This document shows, in pieces, positions 51,297 through 64,000 of a stretch of 64,000 bases of DNA. Location of the stretch: NCBI RefSeq assembly GCF_006345805.1, contig NC_043001.1, positions 26,660,001 to 26,724,000 on the forward strand. Direction: 5' to 3'. Positions within the stretch are counted from its first letter, which is position 1, and each line of letters starts with the position of its first letter. The notes under the pieces were generated by a model. It was given only the letters and a program-made list of their open reading frames with translations. It ran no database searches and was not told the DNA's origin. The translations under genes and the position numbers were made by a program. This DNA comes from Octopus sinensis. Taxonomy: Eukaryota.

Positions 51297-52650
51297 GGTG
51301 CAGTGGTTGTTTACTTGATGCAAGATATATAGATGATCTAAAAGAAGACAATAAACTAATGGTGACATGACAGATGAACAAAAGGCAATCTATGACAGAA
51401 TAAAGGCAAGACTACAGGGGAATGATAGCAACATTATTTGCAACCTTAAAAAGGTTGATCGGTGGAAGTTGAACCAAGAAACGGGAAATGTCATTGAAAT
51501 TATGAAATACATCAGAACAAACATCACAGAAATAAATAATTTGATCAAAGCAGGAAGTATTGTTGTAGCAGAAAACGTGGGTGTTGATGTCAAGAAAAAG
51601 AAATATAATGGGAGTGGCAAAAGAAAAGGCTACTGGATCAAAAAATTTGGTGAATGTCATGCATGAATAGCTGAGCAACTCAACACCTTGTTAAATGCTG
51701 ACCAAGTAACACCAGAGTGGTTGACATTGGGTAGGACAGTGCTGTGCTTGAAAAACATCAAAAAAGGCAATATGGTGAACAATTGTCGGCCGATATCCTG
51801 TTTGCAACATGTGGAAATTATTAACTTGAATACTCACAGATTCAATGTATGAACATCTGGAAAGAAATGGAGTCCTGCCACATGAGCAGAAGGGTTGCAT
51901 GTGTAAGTGCAGAAGTACCAAGGATCAACTCCTGATTGACAAAACTGTACTTAGAGACTGCAAGAGGAGGAAAAGTAACTTTAGCCATGTCATGGATCAA
52001 CTATCGTAAGGTGTATGATATGATCCCACACTCTTGGATAATGGAATGTATGAACCTATTTGGTATTGCATCGCATGTTGAGCGATTGCTTGGGAAAAGT
52101 ATGGCGAATTGGAGGACAGACCTGACAGCATATGGGAGAAGTTTAGGGACAGTAGAAATCAGGAGGGGCATCTTCCAAGGGGACTGCCTGTCCCCACTAA
52201 TCTTTGTACTGTGCTTGATACCACTGACACTGATTCTGAGGAAAGCAAAAGCTGGGTGTGTATTCAAAAGCCGCCAACAAAAAGTCAACCATTTGTTATT
52301 CATGGATGACCTCAAACTTTATGGTAAAGATGAAGCCCAAGTCAGTTCCCTCATTGATATGGTGTATACCTTCAGTGCTGATATCAGAATGGAGTTTGGA
52401 CTGAGAAAGTGTGGTGTGTTAGTTTTGAAGAGAGGCAAAATCAAATGTATGGATGGGCTAACGATACCGTTGGGGGAGGTTATGAAGCAGATAGAAGAGA
52501 CGGGCTATAAGTACTTGGGGATTTTGATCCTTAAGTCAAAATTAAATGGATGGAATAAGATTGAAGCTATCAACACCTGGGCAGTTTCACTCCTTAGATA
52601 TGGAACAGGGGTAATCACATGGACAGCAGATGAACTAAACAGCTTAGACA
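51296..52650 (+). mobile_element. R4/Dong-like non-LTR element, RT-containing fragment
   Basis: ORF 51936..52703: [62 protein letters not shown]. Confidence 0.9.
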
Positions 52651-53034
52651 AAAAGTATTATTGTATTATTTCTATGGGTAAACATGCAACATATGTTATA
52701 TGATGGTATGGAAGATTCCGTAATAAACCAAGTGAGACTATATCCACAGCAGCTAAATATGTGGACACCCAACACTTTATATCTGTTTTTGCATTTTCCC
52801 CCTCATCCTTCACCCCTGGTGGTAAATAAAAGAAATAATAATGATAAGAATGATGCTTTCTTTTATTGGCCTCAAGGACCCAAGACATGAAGGACAATAT
52901 CAAAGGACATTCAAAATCAAAAAACAAAAACAAAGACAGGTGGGATTTACATCAATCAAAGGGAGACACTACCAAATTAAAAGATATAACAATGGATATA
53001 TTATAGAAATTAGGGAAATGAATAATAAACAAGA

Positions 53035-53397
53035 GCACTCGCAGAGCGCAAACCTCTGCCAAGGCAACACCAACATCCTCTCAGCAATTAGACAGAGATG
53101 ATTTTTGAAATGAGAATAACTAAATTAAACTCAACTGCTCTCACAAATGAGAATACTAAAAATGAACCCAACTGCTGTCAAAAATTAAGTAAAAAAACAG
53201 GAAAAATAATCCAGAATCCTTGTCCGGTACTGGCTCTATCCCAAAAATTAATCAGTTCATGCCAGTCATGAGGTCAAACATGCCTGAAAGCTTCATCCAA
53301 ATCCATCCTGCAGTTCTTGAGATATCTGATATCTTGTCCACGGACAAACAAACATGTCTGAATACAATACCTCTGCCTTCACTAAGGTGGAAGTAAT
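53035..53397 (+). mobile_element. Helentron-associated (DINE-1/HINE-like) non-autonomous element
   Basis: TTCATCCAAATCCATCC..TTCTTGAGATATC..ACAAACAAAC and subterminal hairpin CCTCTGCCTTCACTAAGGTGGAAG. Confidence 0.5.
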
Positions 53398-53769
53398 AAA
53401 TAAATGAATAAATAGAATCCCCAATAGTGGAGCAGTCTACTTAGGGTAATTTGGGTAAAATCCCTTGTAAAAATTTCGGATTACTCTGAGGCATGGGAAA
53501 GTGCCCTCTTCCAGTTTCTTTCCTCCTGCTTTGAAAAGCATACTCAATGTCAGTCCATTCAGTTTTACCAGTCTTTCTGCTCTTGTCCATCTTTACCACA
53601 AAGGGTTTACATCAAGAAAACGTTATGAACAGTACAGGAAAAAATATTGAATGTGTGTGTGTATGTGAGGGTTTTGCATGTTAACAGATTTGAAGTGAAA
53701 AAAAACCCAGACTCAGTGTATAATAAAATTGCAATAAAGATAATGGAAAATAAAGAGAAAAATTAAAAG

Positions 53770-53960
53770 GACATATTAATAATGCGACATAGGTGGCCAG
53801 TGATCTGCATCACAGGGAGAAGAAAGGAAAGAAAGAAAAAGAGAGAAAGAAAGGAAGGAAAGAAAGGAGAGAAAGAAAGGAAAGAAAGAAAAACAGAGGG
53901 AAAAAAACAAAGACAGAAAGGAATAAAAGGAAAGAAAAAGAAAAAAAAAGAAAAGAAAGT
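53770..53960. repeat. Purine-rich low-complexity tract (GAAA/GGAA)n
   Basis: Direct reading. Confidence 0.9.
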
Positions 53961-53989
53961 AACTGAAGAACCTTGATGATAGAATGAAT

Positions 53990-56350
53990 TGCATTCCAAC
54001 AAAGAAGGAAATGGTTTGACAGATAACAGGTCATATGGTTGAGAAGTTCAAAAGCAGGCCATCATATTAAATACGGTTTGGTGCTCAGGGTCTTCTATGT
54101 TCAGACACCCATAAATGCATACATGTATGAACACACAGAATCAGATATAAACAAACTTATATGCATGACAGCCTCCTGAAGCCATGAATACAAATGTATG
54201 AGCCCTGGTATACACAAAATTATGAGAATAGCAGTAATAACCCTTCTACTAAAGACACAAAGCCTGAAATTTTAGGGGAGGGGACTAGTTGATTACATCG
54301 ACCTCAGCATTTCACTGATACTTAATTTATTAAAGTAAAGAGAAATTTGAAACAAAGAAAATGCAAGAGGAAGAAACAGAAAATGAACCGTATAAATTTA
54401 AGGGCGCATTTATAACATACAAAAAAAGTGCGGATGCAGAGAGAAGAATAGCGAAAATAAAGGTGAATGTGATTAGGCATAGACGGGTAAAATCCAGGAA
54501 ACTCCTACAGAAATGTTGCTAAGATAGAGGAGAATTTGGGTGGTCCTTTTTGCTGGTTCAACCTAGATATATAAGCAAAGCCTTTGGGATCACCAATGAA
54601 CATATCATAAGTAATGGATAGGAAAATGCAGCTAGTTCTTTACAGCTGTTTCTAGGGTAGGTGTTTAATAGAAGTTATATACTTTGTGTCTATATATACA
54701 TAAAGTAGATTGTTGTGAGTTACTGTATATGAAACAGCACATGTGTAAGTTGTGTGAGCAACATAGCCCACTGTCAGAAGAGAAATGAATTTATGGAGCC
54801 AAACAGAGATGTCAAAAAAAAAAAATAAGGGTGTCTAATTGAAGAAGACATTAATAAAATAGCCACTATAGGGTTGGCAAGAACTAAAAGATTAAGAAAG
54901 AGACAGCACTAGGAACAAGGGATAAATTGTGACTAAGGTTTGGTGGAAGATTTTAATTCAAAATTTATGAAAACAAGACATTTGTACTCAGAGCAAGAGC
55001 CAGTTTCAGGCAGGCTGAGCACTGTATACAATAATTTCATTATTATAAGATAGTGGAAAGGTAGGAAGGAGGTGGAGATAGGAGAGGAGAGGGTAGATGA
55101 AGGGATGAGAGACAGCCATAATAGTAATATAATGGATGGTCAATCTAGATAAATAGTCAGTTTCAAAGGGTGAAGTGAGGTTAGGTTAGACATCAAAAGA
55201 ATGTAAAAAGAGGTAGATGAAATGATAAGAAATTAAAGAGAAAAGTTTTGTTTTAAGATATCCTGGTGAGTATTTGTTCACTAGTAATTAAGTGTTTGGA
55301 AGTTGCTGAGTGTAGAGGAAAATGGTAAACTCAGTAGAACATTAATAGAAGTATGTGAAGATCCTTGCCAGTCTGATTAACCCTTTTGATACCAACCTGG
55401 CTGAAACTATTTATGCTAAGCATTCTTCTTAACCCTTTCATTACCAATCCGGCTGAAACTGGCTCTGGCTCTGAGTACAATTGTCTTGTTTTCATAAATT
55501 TTGAATTAAAATCTTCCACCAAACCTTAGTCACAATTTATGTTCCTAACACTAGCTGAATGATAACTAAGTTATTTTACTAAATTCTTTGTTATATTTAA
55601 TGTAATTGAAAGAAACACAGAGCATCTCAAAATAAATACAGTAACGAAAGGGTTAAGGAAGGGGAATCATATAAAGCAGGTGGCATAAAATAAACATATG
55701 ATAAATTAGCTAATTAACAATAATGCAGAGAATAAATGAAATTGATGCAATTAATTAATAAAAATAAGTTTAAAGATCCCAATCGCCCTCCTGAAATCGT
55801 AACTCCACTGTGCAATCTAGAGAGGAGTGGACAGTGTGCTGTGATTAGCGGTGTCAAATGGATGCCTGACGGACTGGTCAGTCAAGGTGATCAAGTTTAA
55901 AGACTATAAATGTGTATAATCATAAGGTATGAAGGTGGAAATAGCTAAGGATAAAGTTAAAGAAATTAGAGGCTCAAACATACAGGTGAGCAAGAGGTAG
56001 AAAGGTTAGGAGATTTATCTTAGGGAGAACATCAATATATGGTAAAACTGGAATGTTCAAAAGAATTGATGAACACAGATGGCTTCAGCCTCACTTTGGC
56101 GGTCTACGAGGCAGTGGAGACTTTGTTTTAAGATCTCAATAGATTCTTCACAACAGAAGTTGATATGGCCTTCTCATATTAATCATTGATCAGGTAATAC
56201 AATAAGGGATGCTGTTTGGGATAGTGTATGTGGTTAGCTAGTGAGGTAGTTTTGCACTTTGCAGAAGTAGACGAGCTAAAGTATTAAAAATCATCACTTA
56301 AAGTCAATTGATGAGCCTATATAGATTTTAGAAGAGAAGAGTGCTGTTGC
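53990..56350 (-). mobile_element. Highly decayed CR1/Jockey-like LINE
   Basis: Weak frameshifted remnants: KNLLRS.NKVSTAS, SGV..G..LG, FLLCWNAI. Interrupted by a SINE and a MITE. Confidence 0.4.
55381..55652. mobile_element. TTAA-flanked MITE (family of 5190) with a duplicated left end
   Basis: TTAA at 55377-80 and 55653-56; second TTAACCCTTT at ~55429. Confidence 0.8.
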
Positions 56351-56494
56351 CTATTATTTATGGTACACTGAAATACTATGGTATAGTCTACAGCAGTGGC
56401 ATTCAGGGAGAAATTATAAGGTACGCTACACTTGCGTTGTTTCTTTATTGGATAACTATCCACAATCATTTTTAGTTACATTATTGATATGATT

Positions 56495-57430
56495 CTTATC
56501 ATCATCATCATCATCATCATCCTCATCATAGCCGTTGTCGTCGTCATCGTCGTTGTTGTCGTCATCGTCGTTGTCATCATCATCATCGTTTAACGTCCAC
56601 TTTCCATGCTAGCATGGGTTGGACGATTTTGACTGAGGGCTGGCAAACCAGATGGCTGCACCAGGCTCCAGTCTTGATCTGGCAGAGTTTCTACAGCTGG
56701 ATGCCCTTCCTAATGCTAACCACTCCGAGAATGTAGTGGGTGCTTTTATGTGCCACCGGCATGAAGGCCAGTCAGGCGGTACTAGCAACAGTCATGCTCA
56801 AATGGTGTTTTTTACATGCCACCTGCACAGGAACCAGTCCAGTGGCACTTGCAATGACCTCGCTCGAATGATTTTTCATGTACTAGTAAGGCGACAATAA
56901 TTAAATTAGTATTAATTTGAAGCATGACAAAGCCCATTATTTGATCTGTTGTGATTTGTATTGTTACTACTGGGGCTATGCCTGATACCAATGCAAATAT
57001 GACAATCATTATTATCTAGAAGGACTGGTGCCCCATTGTTTCTAGTATGTTTGCTACAATGGTTATTATATTATCTCCCATACAATTCCTGGCAGTATTA
57101 AAACAATGGCTGGTTTCTGATCTGTCTGTCATCATCATCATCGTGTAACATCCTTTGTCCATGCTGGCATGGGTTGGACGGTTTGACTGGGGCTGGTGAG
57201 CCGAAAGGCTGCACCAGACACCAGTCTGATTTGGCATGGTTTTCTACAGCTAGATACCCTTCTTAATACCAACCATTCTGAGAGTGTAATGGGTGCCTTT
57301 ACATTCCACTGGCATGGATGCCATTTGAGTGACACCGACCAGAGCTGGTAAGCTAGAAGGCCATACCAGACACCAATCTGATTTGGCATGGTTTTCTATG
57401 GTTGGATGCCCTTCCTAACATCAACCACCT
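56495..57430 (-). mobile_element. SINE family A copies (56495-56880, 57128-57430)
   Basis: Tail and core match the other A copies. Confidence 0.75.
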
Positions 57431-58199
57431 GGTTATTATTACTTCCCAAACTACCTAAACACACCCACACATATTAAAATATGTGTTATGATAAAGAACA
57501 CTGAAATCTGTTGGAAGATTTGATAAAAATATTTATTCTTATCGTTAACAAAAAATATGTTATTGTTATTCTGAACAATGAATCAGAGATAGTTTCAAGA
57601 TTATTGTTTTTGGTGTGGTGTGATAGTAGTAGCTTTTAAATTGTTAACTGGTTGTTGTGGGTTGCTGTTGCCATCTGGCCATTGTTTCTTATTTCTTTAT
57701 TGCCCATGAGGGGCTAAACATAGAGGGACAAACAAGGACAGACAAAGGGATTAAGTTGATTACATCAACCCCAGTGTGTTACTGGTACTTAATTTATGGA
57801 CCTCGAAAGGATGAAAGGGAAAGTCGACCTTCTGGCCATTGTTTCTGTGTTGTCACAGAGCTCTGGTGAGCTGTTTTTCTGTTGCTGTATCCTGTGTTTG
57901 GTCTGATGTCTCTTGCTTGTTTTCTGTTGTCAGTGGCTAAGATGCACCGAATATATAATGGCGGTCTGGCTCAGGAAGAAGTGTACCAAAGGTGAAATTG
58001 TGGTTGGAGCCAGTTCCACACAAAGTCTTGATTGGTCGATTTTGATGATGAAGGCAATATTCTAGCAAATCACAACTGTACTGTTTTTTTTTTGTTTTTT
58101 TTTTTACATTGGATATTGAGATCCAGGTTTGGTTGCTAAATATTCCTGCTACACATGTAGCAGGAATATAATTTTGAAACATGTTTTATTAAAACATAT

Positions 58200-60200
58200 A
58201 TTTCGAAAATAATGTTTTTTTCTAAACTGGAATTCAATGAGACTGATACTTACCTAAAAGATACTTAGCTGAGTGCATACATAGTATTAAAAATTCTCTT
58301 CTTTTGTTTAAACCGTTTCTGCCTTAAGCCAAAATGCTTAAGTTTTCACTCAAAGGTTACACTGCATCTTTGATTTAAAGCTATCATTCCTGTATGGTTG
58401 CTCCCTATCTGCAATTGACCAGGTAATTTTCAATATGTTAAGTCACATCTCATGTAAGAACCATATAAACTTTGGTAAATCTATAGCAGATTTTCGATTG
58501 GGCAGACAAACGAATGTTTGTGTTTATAATATGTCTTGCAAACAATTTAGGTTTTTGAATGTTAGTTCTGTTGCTCCAGTATATATTTTAGGTCCATTTC
58601 TGCTGTTAGTTTCAATCTTGGTTCTGATTACAATTGATTTTACCAAACAGTTACCATTGAGTGGACAGTTCTCATGAATTCTGAGGTTGCAGATATTTGG
58701 TGGCCAGCTGTTTGCATCTCTCTTTCCTTCAGCTTTGCAGCATTATAACAACTGATATTGCACCTAAAATTCTTACAAGCTGAATAACTAACCTTAAAAC
58801 AGTTCCTATTCAATATCTCACAATACCCAGGGAATTTTCAAGCTATATTAGTTCTTACTACTAAGTTAAATATTGGTCTGTATCATAAAATGCCTCTTTT
58901 CCTGTTCCTATTCTTACTCTTCGCATTCCCAGTGACTTTTTTAAGTAGCTAATCTTACTGGAGAACTCACAATTTCTTAGTGTCCCATTATAAATACTCA
59001 GTTGCACCATAAAGACATTTTCATCAGAAGATACAAAGAATATCTGGTTACTAATATTGTTAACCAAGTTCTTCAAGATACAAGGTGAGTGATTCAGTTG
59101 TCTATTCATAAATACTAACTTCTCATTTGGTTTGTAGTATGGACTGAAACTATTGTTATCCAGTCATAGTAATGCTAAGACATATTTCCTAAAATACTTT
59201 AGTCAAATGTTTCCTAAATCTAACTTCTTGCCATTACAGTTTCTGGATAGAATCAAGCTTTCATTACGGTATAAACTACAATCAATTTCAGAAATTTACT
59301 TTCAGTAAATTAAAAATATTGCTTTGTAATTTCACTCACCTGTACTCCACCATAAGCTACCTGCTTTTCTTAACTCATGTGTCGTTATTGAAAACCAGGA
59401 GAGATTTTCTTGGGTACATAATCACATCAATGTCCAATTCACTAATATCAGTAGTTGTTTTTAGCAAAATTCAGGGCCTTCATTAAAAAATTTTTGATTA
59501 TTAAGGGATAAAGGTCACCAATGTCAAACCGAATGAATCTACAGTTATCCTTCCCATTTATTCTGGTAAACTATTCCTGTACTTGTAAAGTGTTACACCA
59601 TCATCTTAATGAGGCAAATTGCTTTTATTATGAAAATGATCTTTTCTAATATTTTTTCTTAACTACATCGAACTCTGACTTTGCTGCATTAATCAATCTA
59701 TACTGAAGGTTACTCTCAGGGTATTTTAACCTATCATTTATTTTAAAATTTGCTGCTAACTCTTTGACTTTTAGATTAATGGGACCTATGAGCCTCATTT
59801 CTAGATTTCAAATAAATATTTTTATATTTGATAGAAGACTATTATATGTGCTAACCTCTATGCTATACATATTCCTTGTTTTATCAGAAGAATCATGGAA
59901 CTTATCTGATTTGTGTTGATATATTAAATGTTCCTTCAACTAACTTTGGAAGTTGTTTTGCACTTCATGAAACTTGATTCTTTTTAAGATGTCTAAAAGA
60001 TCCTCTTCAAATTTTCAATGTTTTTGTTCTTGCATGTTCTGAAGCCAAGGTTTTCATCTTTATTGTGCCCAGATGCTCTGATTTAAAAAAAACATACATA
60101 CCACCTCAGTCTTATAAAGTCTTTTGTTTCCTCCTCCATACATTTTATATAGTTCTTCCTTGATGAAACTGGAATGTTTTTAGACAAGAAGTCAAATTAG
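58200..60200 (-). mobile_element. Penelope-like element remnant (RT + GIY-YIG)
   Basis: FIRFDIGDLYPLI..ALNFAK; SLYRNESL; LNHSPCILKNLVNNIS; LNRNCFKVSYS; CPLNGNCLVKSIV...KIYTGATELTFK. Confidence 0.82.
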
Positions 60201-60399
60201 AGTTTGTTCACGATCATGAATATATGTACATATATATTATGTACATACATACATACCTACATACATGGTGGCTGCCCCTCGTTATTGAGTATGGCCATTG
60301 AACGAAGCTTAATCAATGTTGTTATTGTGCAATGCTTGTGCAAGAAGATTTTTTTTAAAGTGAGGAAAGGCTGTGCACTGAGTCAATCCCACTCACTAA

Positions 60400-60825
60400 A
60401 CAACAGCAGCCATAATCCGAAAAGAAGAACAAGTCAACATCAATGGTAACAACTGAGCCGCAGGTTATATGTCGGAGTTATCCCAGTTACCTGAGTTACC
60501 TTCTCCTAGAAGGATGCCCTAACAAAGGCTAGGAGTCCTTCACTCCCAATGGTTTAACCGCGTGATCAGGTATTCAGTCCAATTATTTCTATGTCCCCGT
60601 GCATGATACAGCCTTAAGACATTTATTGGATGGATGTTGACTCTCAAGAGTTCCTCCGCCCTTTGACGGGTTTTGTTTTTCATCCTGCAGGGTGTCCAAT
60701 AAACATCCTCCTCACCAAACAAGCTTGGTGGGGTTGCCGGTTTAGCTGCTGATGACCCGACCATGCAACAGGTTGTACTGGGTTACATGTTACCAGTAGC
60801 ACTCGAAAGTGACCTGACATAAACA

Positions 60826-60830
<5 letters not shown>
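60400..60830 (-). mobile_element. Probable 5'UTR of an RTE-like LINE
   Basis: GC-richer block with GGGCATCCTTCTAGGAGAAGGTAACTC, resembling from memory RTE 5' regions; no ORF2 follows. Confidence 0.4.
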
Positions 60831-60861
<31 letters not shown>

Positions 60862-61261
60862 TGTATATAGACAGATACATACACACACACACACATACAC
60901 ACACACATACAAATATTAATATATGTTGCTACTATCTCCATTGTCATCCTCATTTGATGGCCACTTCTCCATGATGGAATGGGTTGGAGTGTATTACAAC
61001 ATGTCAGCACTTGTCACACTTTTTATTCATCTGCTACACATACAGCAACAGAGAAAACCACCAGCCTTTGTTGTTGTGGCTTGCATATTTTTAGACATGA
61101 TTTTTATGGCTGAATGCTTTTCCAGTCACACTAATTTACAACATGGACTGAATACCTTTTATCATGCCACTGACACAAAAGCCAGTTGTTTGCAGTAGAA
61201 CTAAAAAATTTCCTGTACTTTTTTAACTTATTATTCAGAATGACTGTTCTAGATGGTTGTA

Positions 61262-62217
61262 CTGTAAATCCTCGAGTATAGTCTGCCCTTGAGTATAATA
61301 CGCAGGATATTTTTAGGGGGCTGTACCTCTGAAAAACCTAAACCTTGTGTATAATATGCACCTCTTCTCTAACTTGAGTCAAGGAGGTCTATATAACACC
61401 CTTGGTTTGTAAAAATGTATACGGTAATGTCCTTTATTATTGCCTCCTTGCCTTCTTTATCTTTGGCATCTGTTTAATTCCATATTTATTTCTTCTCCAT
61501 AACCTGACATTGCTTTCATCAACATCAAATTTTCTTCCGGCAGTCCTATTACCATGCTCTTCAGCATATAATATAATTTCAAGTTTAATATAGCTGAATA
61601 ACATCTACGAGACATTTTATGGACATGTAATATATAAAATGTTTTATTGGAGATTAATGTATAGGTTTAAGTCCAGCTTATAAAAAACCCTAGTAAAGAC
61701 CCACAGTAGTTCAAACATTTAATACTGGTATTTAATTAAGTATCTATTGTTTGCCACGGTAATGATGCAGACTGCCAATACAAACAGCAGGATGAACTAT
61801 ATAGCACTAAACTATTAATTACGCAATTTGTGCGTAATTAAGCCAGCAGCACCTAGTCGAACAAACACTTCCGTGTATGCGTAAAACAATAATGGTGATG
61901 TTCTTAACTGTTATAAGGGAATGTAAATATGTTTGCAAATTGTTTTTGTTACATGTTATTCTGTGTTCTGAATACTTTTATTTTAATAAATGTTGCTTAC
62001 TGCAAGTTATGACTTCATTGCTTTCAGGTTTAGCTTAAGGTATTTTCACGCCTGACATCACAAAATGCGTCTGAATAAACATTGCCAGACAGCAAATAGG
62101 GACTCAGACATTGCTTAGAAAATATTTTTCATTTTTAACCTCGTATATAATACACACTAGGGATTTTGACCTTTAAATTTTGGGAAAAAAATGCGGATTA
62201 TACTCGAGGATTTACGG
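61262..62217. mobile_element. TA-flanked non-autonomous pogo/Tc1-type element (956 bp)
   Basis: TA|CTGTAAATCCTCGAGTATAGTCTGC versus GCGGATTATACTCGAGGATTTACGG|TA. Confidence 0.85.
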
Positions 62218-62789
62218 TATGTACTGCAATTTACATTGTCCACATCTCTGTTTGTTATATTGGAATGGCTTTTACAAATGCCCATCCTATCACCATCCAC
62301 ATTGCACTATGAGCTGAATGCCCTTTTAACAAATCATTGACACTGGACAGGTTGTTTGTTCCATGACTAAAGTGCCTCCTCTATCCTAAGGCTGATTATC
62401 TTAAGGTTATCAAGAGAGGGGATGGTGGAGCTTGTCATGAGAGTTGGAGCATGTGTGAAGATTTTATCAACTAAAAGAAGCACTCTAGATTGCATTTTTT
62501 TAAAGACATTAAGCTATGATTTGAGGGATATTTGGCTACTATTTGTTGCAGATTAAGCAACTACATAGAGGCTACCTCAGGTGGAAGTTGTCATAAAGGG
62601 TAGAAAGGATAGGAGGCAGTATACCAACAAGAGACACCTATAAGCTTACTAATTCCTATCATATATTTGATAGTTTTACAAAATCTATTGAAGCAACAAG
62701 TATTAGAAGTAGCAATTTTTATTAAGGTGGTACTGTACTCTTGGTATGTTGATAACCTTGTCATTAAAATAATTCTTCACATTACACGT

Positions 62790-62966
62790 AAAAGTCACCT
62801 GTGCCAGTGACATGTAAAAGACATCCACAACACTCTTGGAGTAGTTGGCATTAGGAAGAGCATCCAGCTGTAGAAACCAAGCCAGACTGGAGCCTGGTAC
62901 AGCTCTCCGACTTACAAGTTCCAATCAAACTGTCTACCCGATGCCAGCATGGAAAAAGGATGCTAA

Positions 62967-63000
<34 letters not shown>
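62790..63000 (+). mobile_element. SINE family A
   Basis: GTTGGCATTAGGAAGAGCATCCAGC...(GAT)n tail. Confidence 0.75.
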
Positions 63001-63001
<1 letters not shown>

Positions 63002-64000
63002 TTGCCAGGTGAATTGTACGTTGTGTACTATACAAGACTATGTACTATGCTGTGTACTATACAAGGCTATGTACAATGTTGTGTACTATACAAGACAGAA
63101 AATTCTGTCTATAATGGGATTAAAGTAATTTTTGATGACCCCCCACCTCTAGACATTACAATAAAAGATTACCTGTCCTGGACACAGAATTACAAAAAAA
63201 TTACAAAGCTATGAATTGGAATACCAAAATACTCCACTTATATCAGAGGAAACCCATGTTGAATCCATTAGTGATAATTAAAAAGAAAAAATTTTCAATG
63301 TTGGAAAGTGTCAAACTGAAAATCCTAATAGCTGATTTCTATAATGATAATGTGGAATTCTGTCTGTCTGGGATCCCTGTATCTCAGGCTATATTTTCTC
63401 TACTTAGACATATCATGCCTTTTTGGTATCAGGATGATTCCAGGATTGAAAATATGCCCTGCATTTAGTTCTTGACCATCCAACAATCTGGATGAAGATT
63501 CGTTATATGCTAACATTTGAAAATTCAAATTTTAAAAGAACTCCAAAAATTTGTGAACTTACAAATTTTTCATTTAAACTGAATTTAAAGTAATACCTTA
63601 TTGGTAAGGTATCAATAAATGTTTTATTAATAGCTTATTGGTAAGGTATCAATAAATGTTTTATTATTATTGCTCTCTTTAGTTTTGCACCACAGGCCAA
63701 ATTAACCCTCCACAGGAGCCAGTTTAAAAGTCCACATGGAATAGGCTTTTAAAGTTGTAAATATATTAATCTCAAGAACACTTGAAACAAGTTCAGCATT
63801 TTACGTTATAAATGCTGTAATCTATATTGTAACATGTTTTTAAAACAACAGAGATAAAACCAATAAGGCTGATAAACAGTATGATAACAATAAGATAGTG
63901 CAATTGTTGCCGGTACTACAGCCAAAAGTGAACCAAAAGTCTAAGAAAATCATTTAATAAATTATCCTCAAAATCAAATGCAAAGATAAAAAACCCAGGT

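Noticed and set aside
51019-51381. Poly-Asn / poly-Ile / poly-Leu ORFs and other short ORFs in the track
   Set aside because: They are translations of microsatellites and SINEs, not genes.
56495-56590. CAT to CGT drift in a SINE tail as ADAR-edited retrocopy
   Set aside because: The changes are T-to-C on the element's sense strand and are explained by ordinary microsatellite turnover.
60748-60815. Hammerhead ribozyme (CTGATGA...GAAA on the plus strand)
   Set aside because: Stem II cannot close (C after CUGAUGA, C before GAAA) and stems I and III are missing.

Overview
Eukaryotic, AT-rich, repeat-dense animal DNA. The SINE, LINE and MITE families look like those of an octopus (coleoid cephalopod); this is an inference from repeat style, not a database match. 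The only supported protein-coding gene is a complete 8-exon S-adenosylmethionine synthase (methionine adenosyltransferase, MAT/SAMS) on the minus strand. It runs from ATG 17955 to TAA 1527, has 1209 nt of CDS (402 aa), all introns are GT-AG, and there is a TATA/CCAAT promoter and a probable 3'UTR of about 1.1 kb or more. The remaining ~46 kb upstream holds decayed mobile elements: RTE, CR1-like, R4/Dong and Penelope retroelements; Tc1/mariner, pogo-like, piggyBac and Helitron DNA elements; several SINE families; microsatellites; and a 3-kb higher-order tandem array. Leads worth following: (i) strand-specific RNA hairpins with an alternative pairing in the MAT 3'UTR, in a gene that lacks both the intron and the UACAGARAA motifs that other animals use for SAM feedback via METTL16; (ii) a candidate poison exon in intron 1; (iii) several long inverted repeats in and near the gene; (iv) an array whose copies differ mainly by CpA/TpG to TpA changes. 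No prokaryotic features, rRNA, intact tRNA or CRISPR arrays are present.
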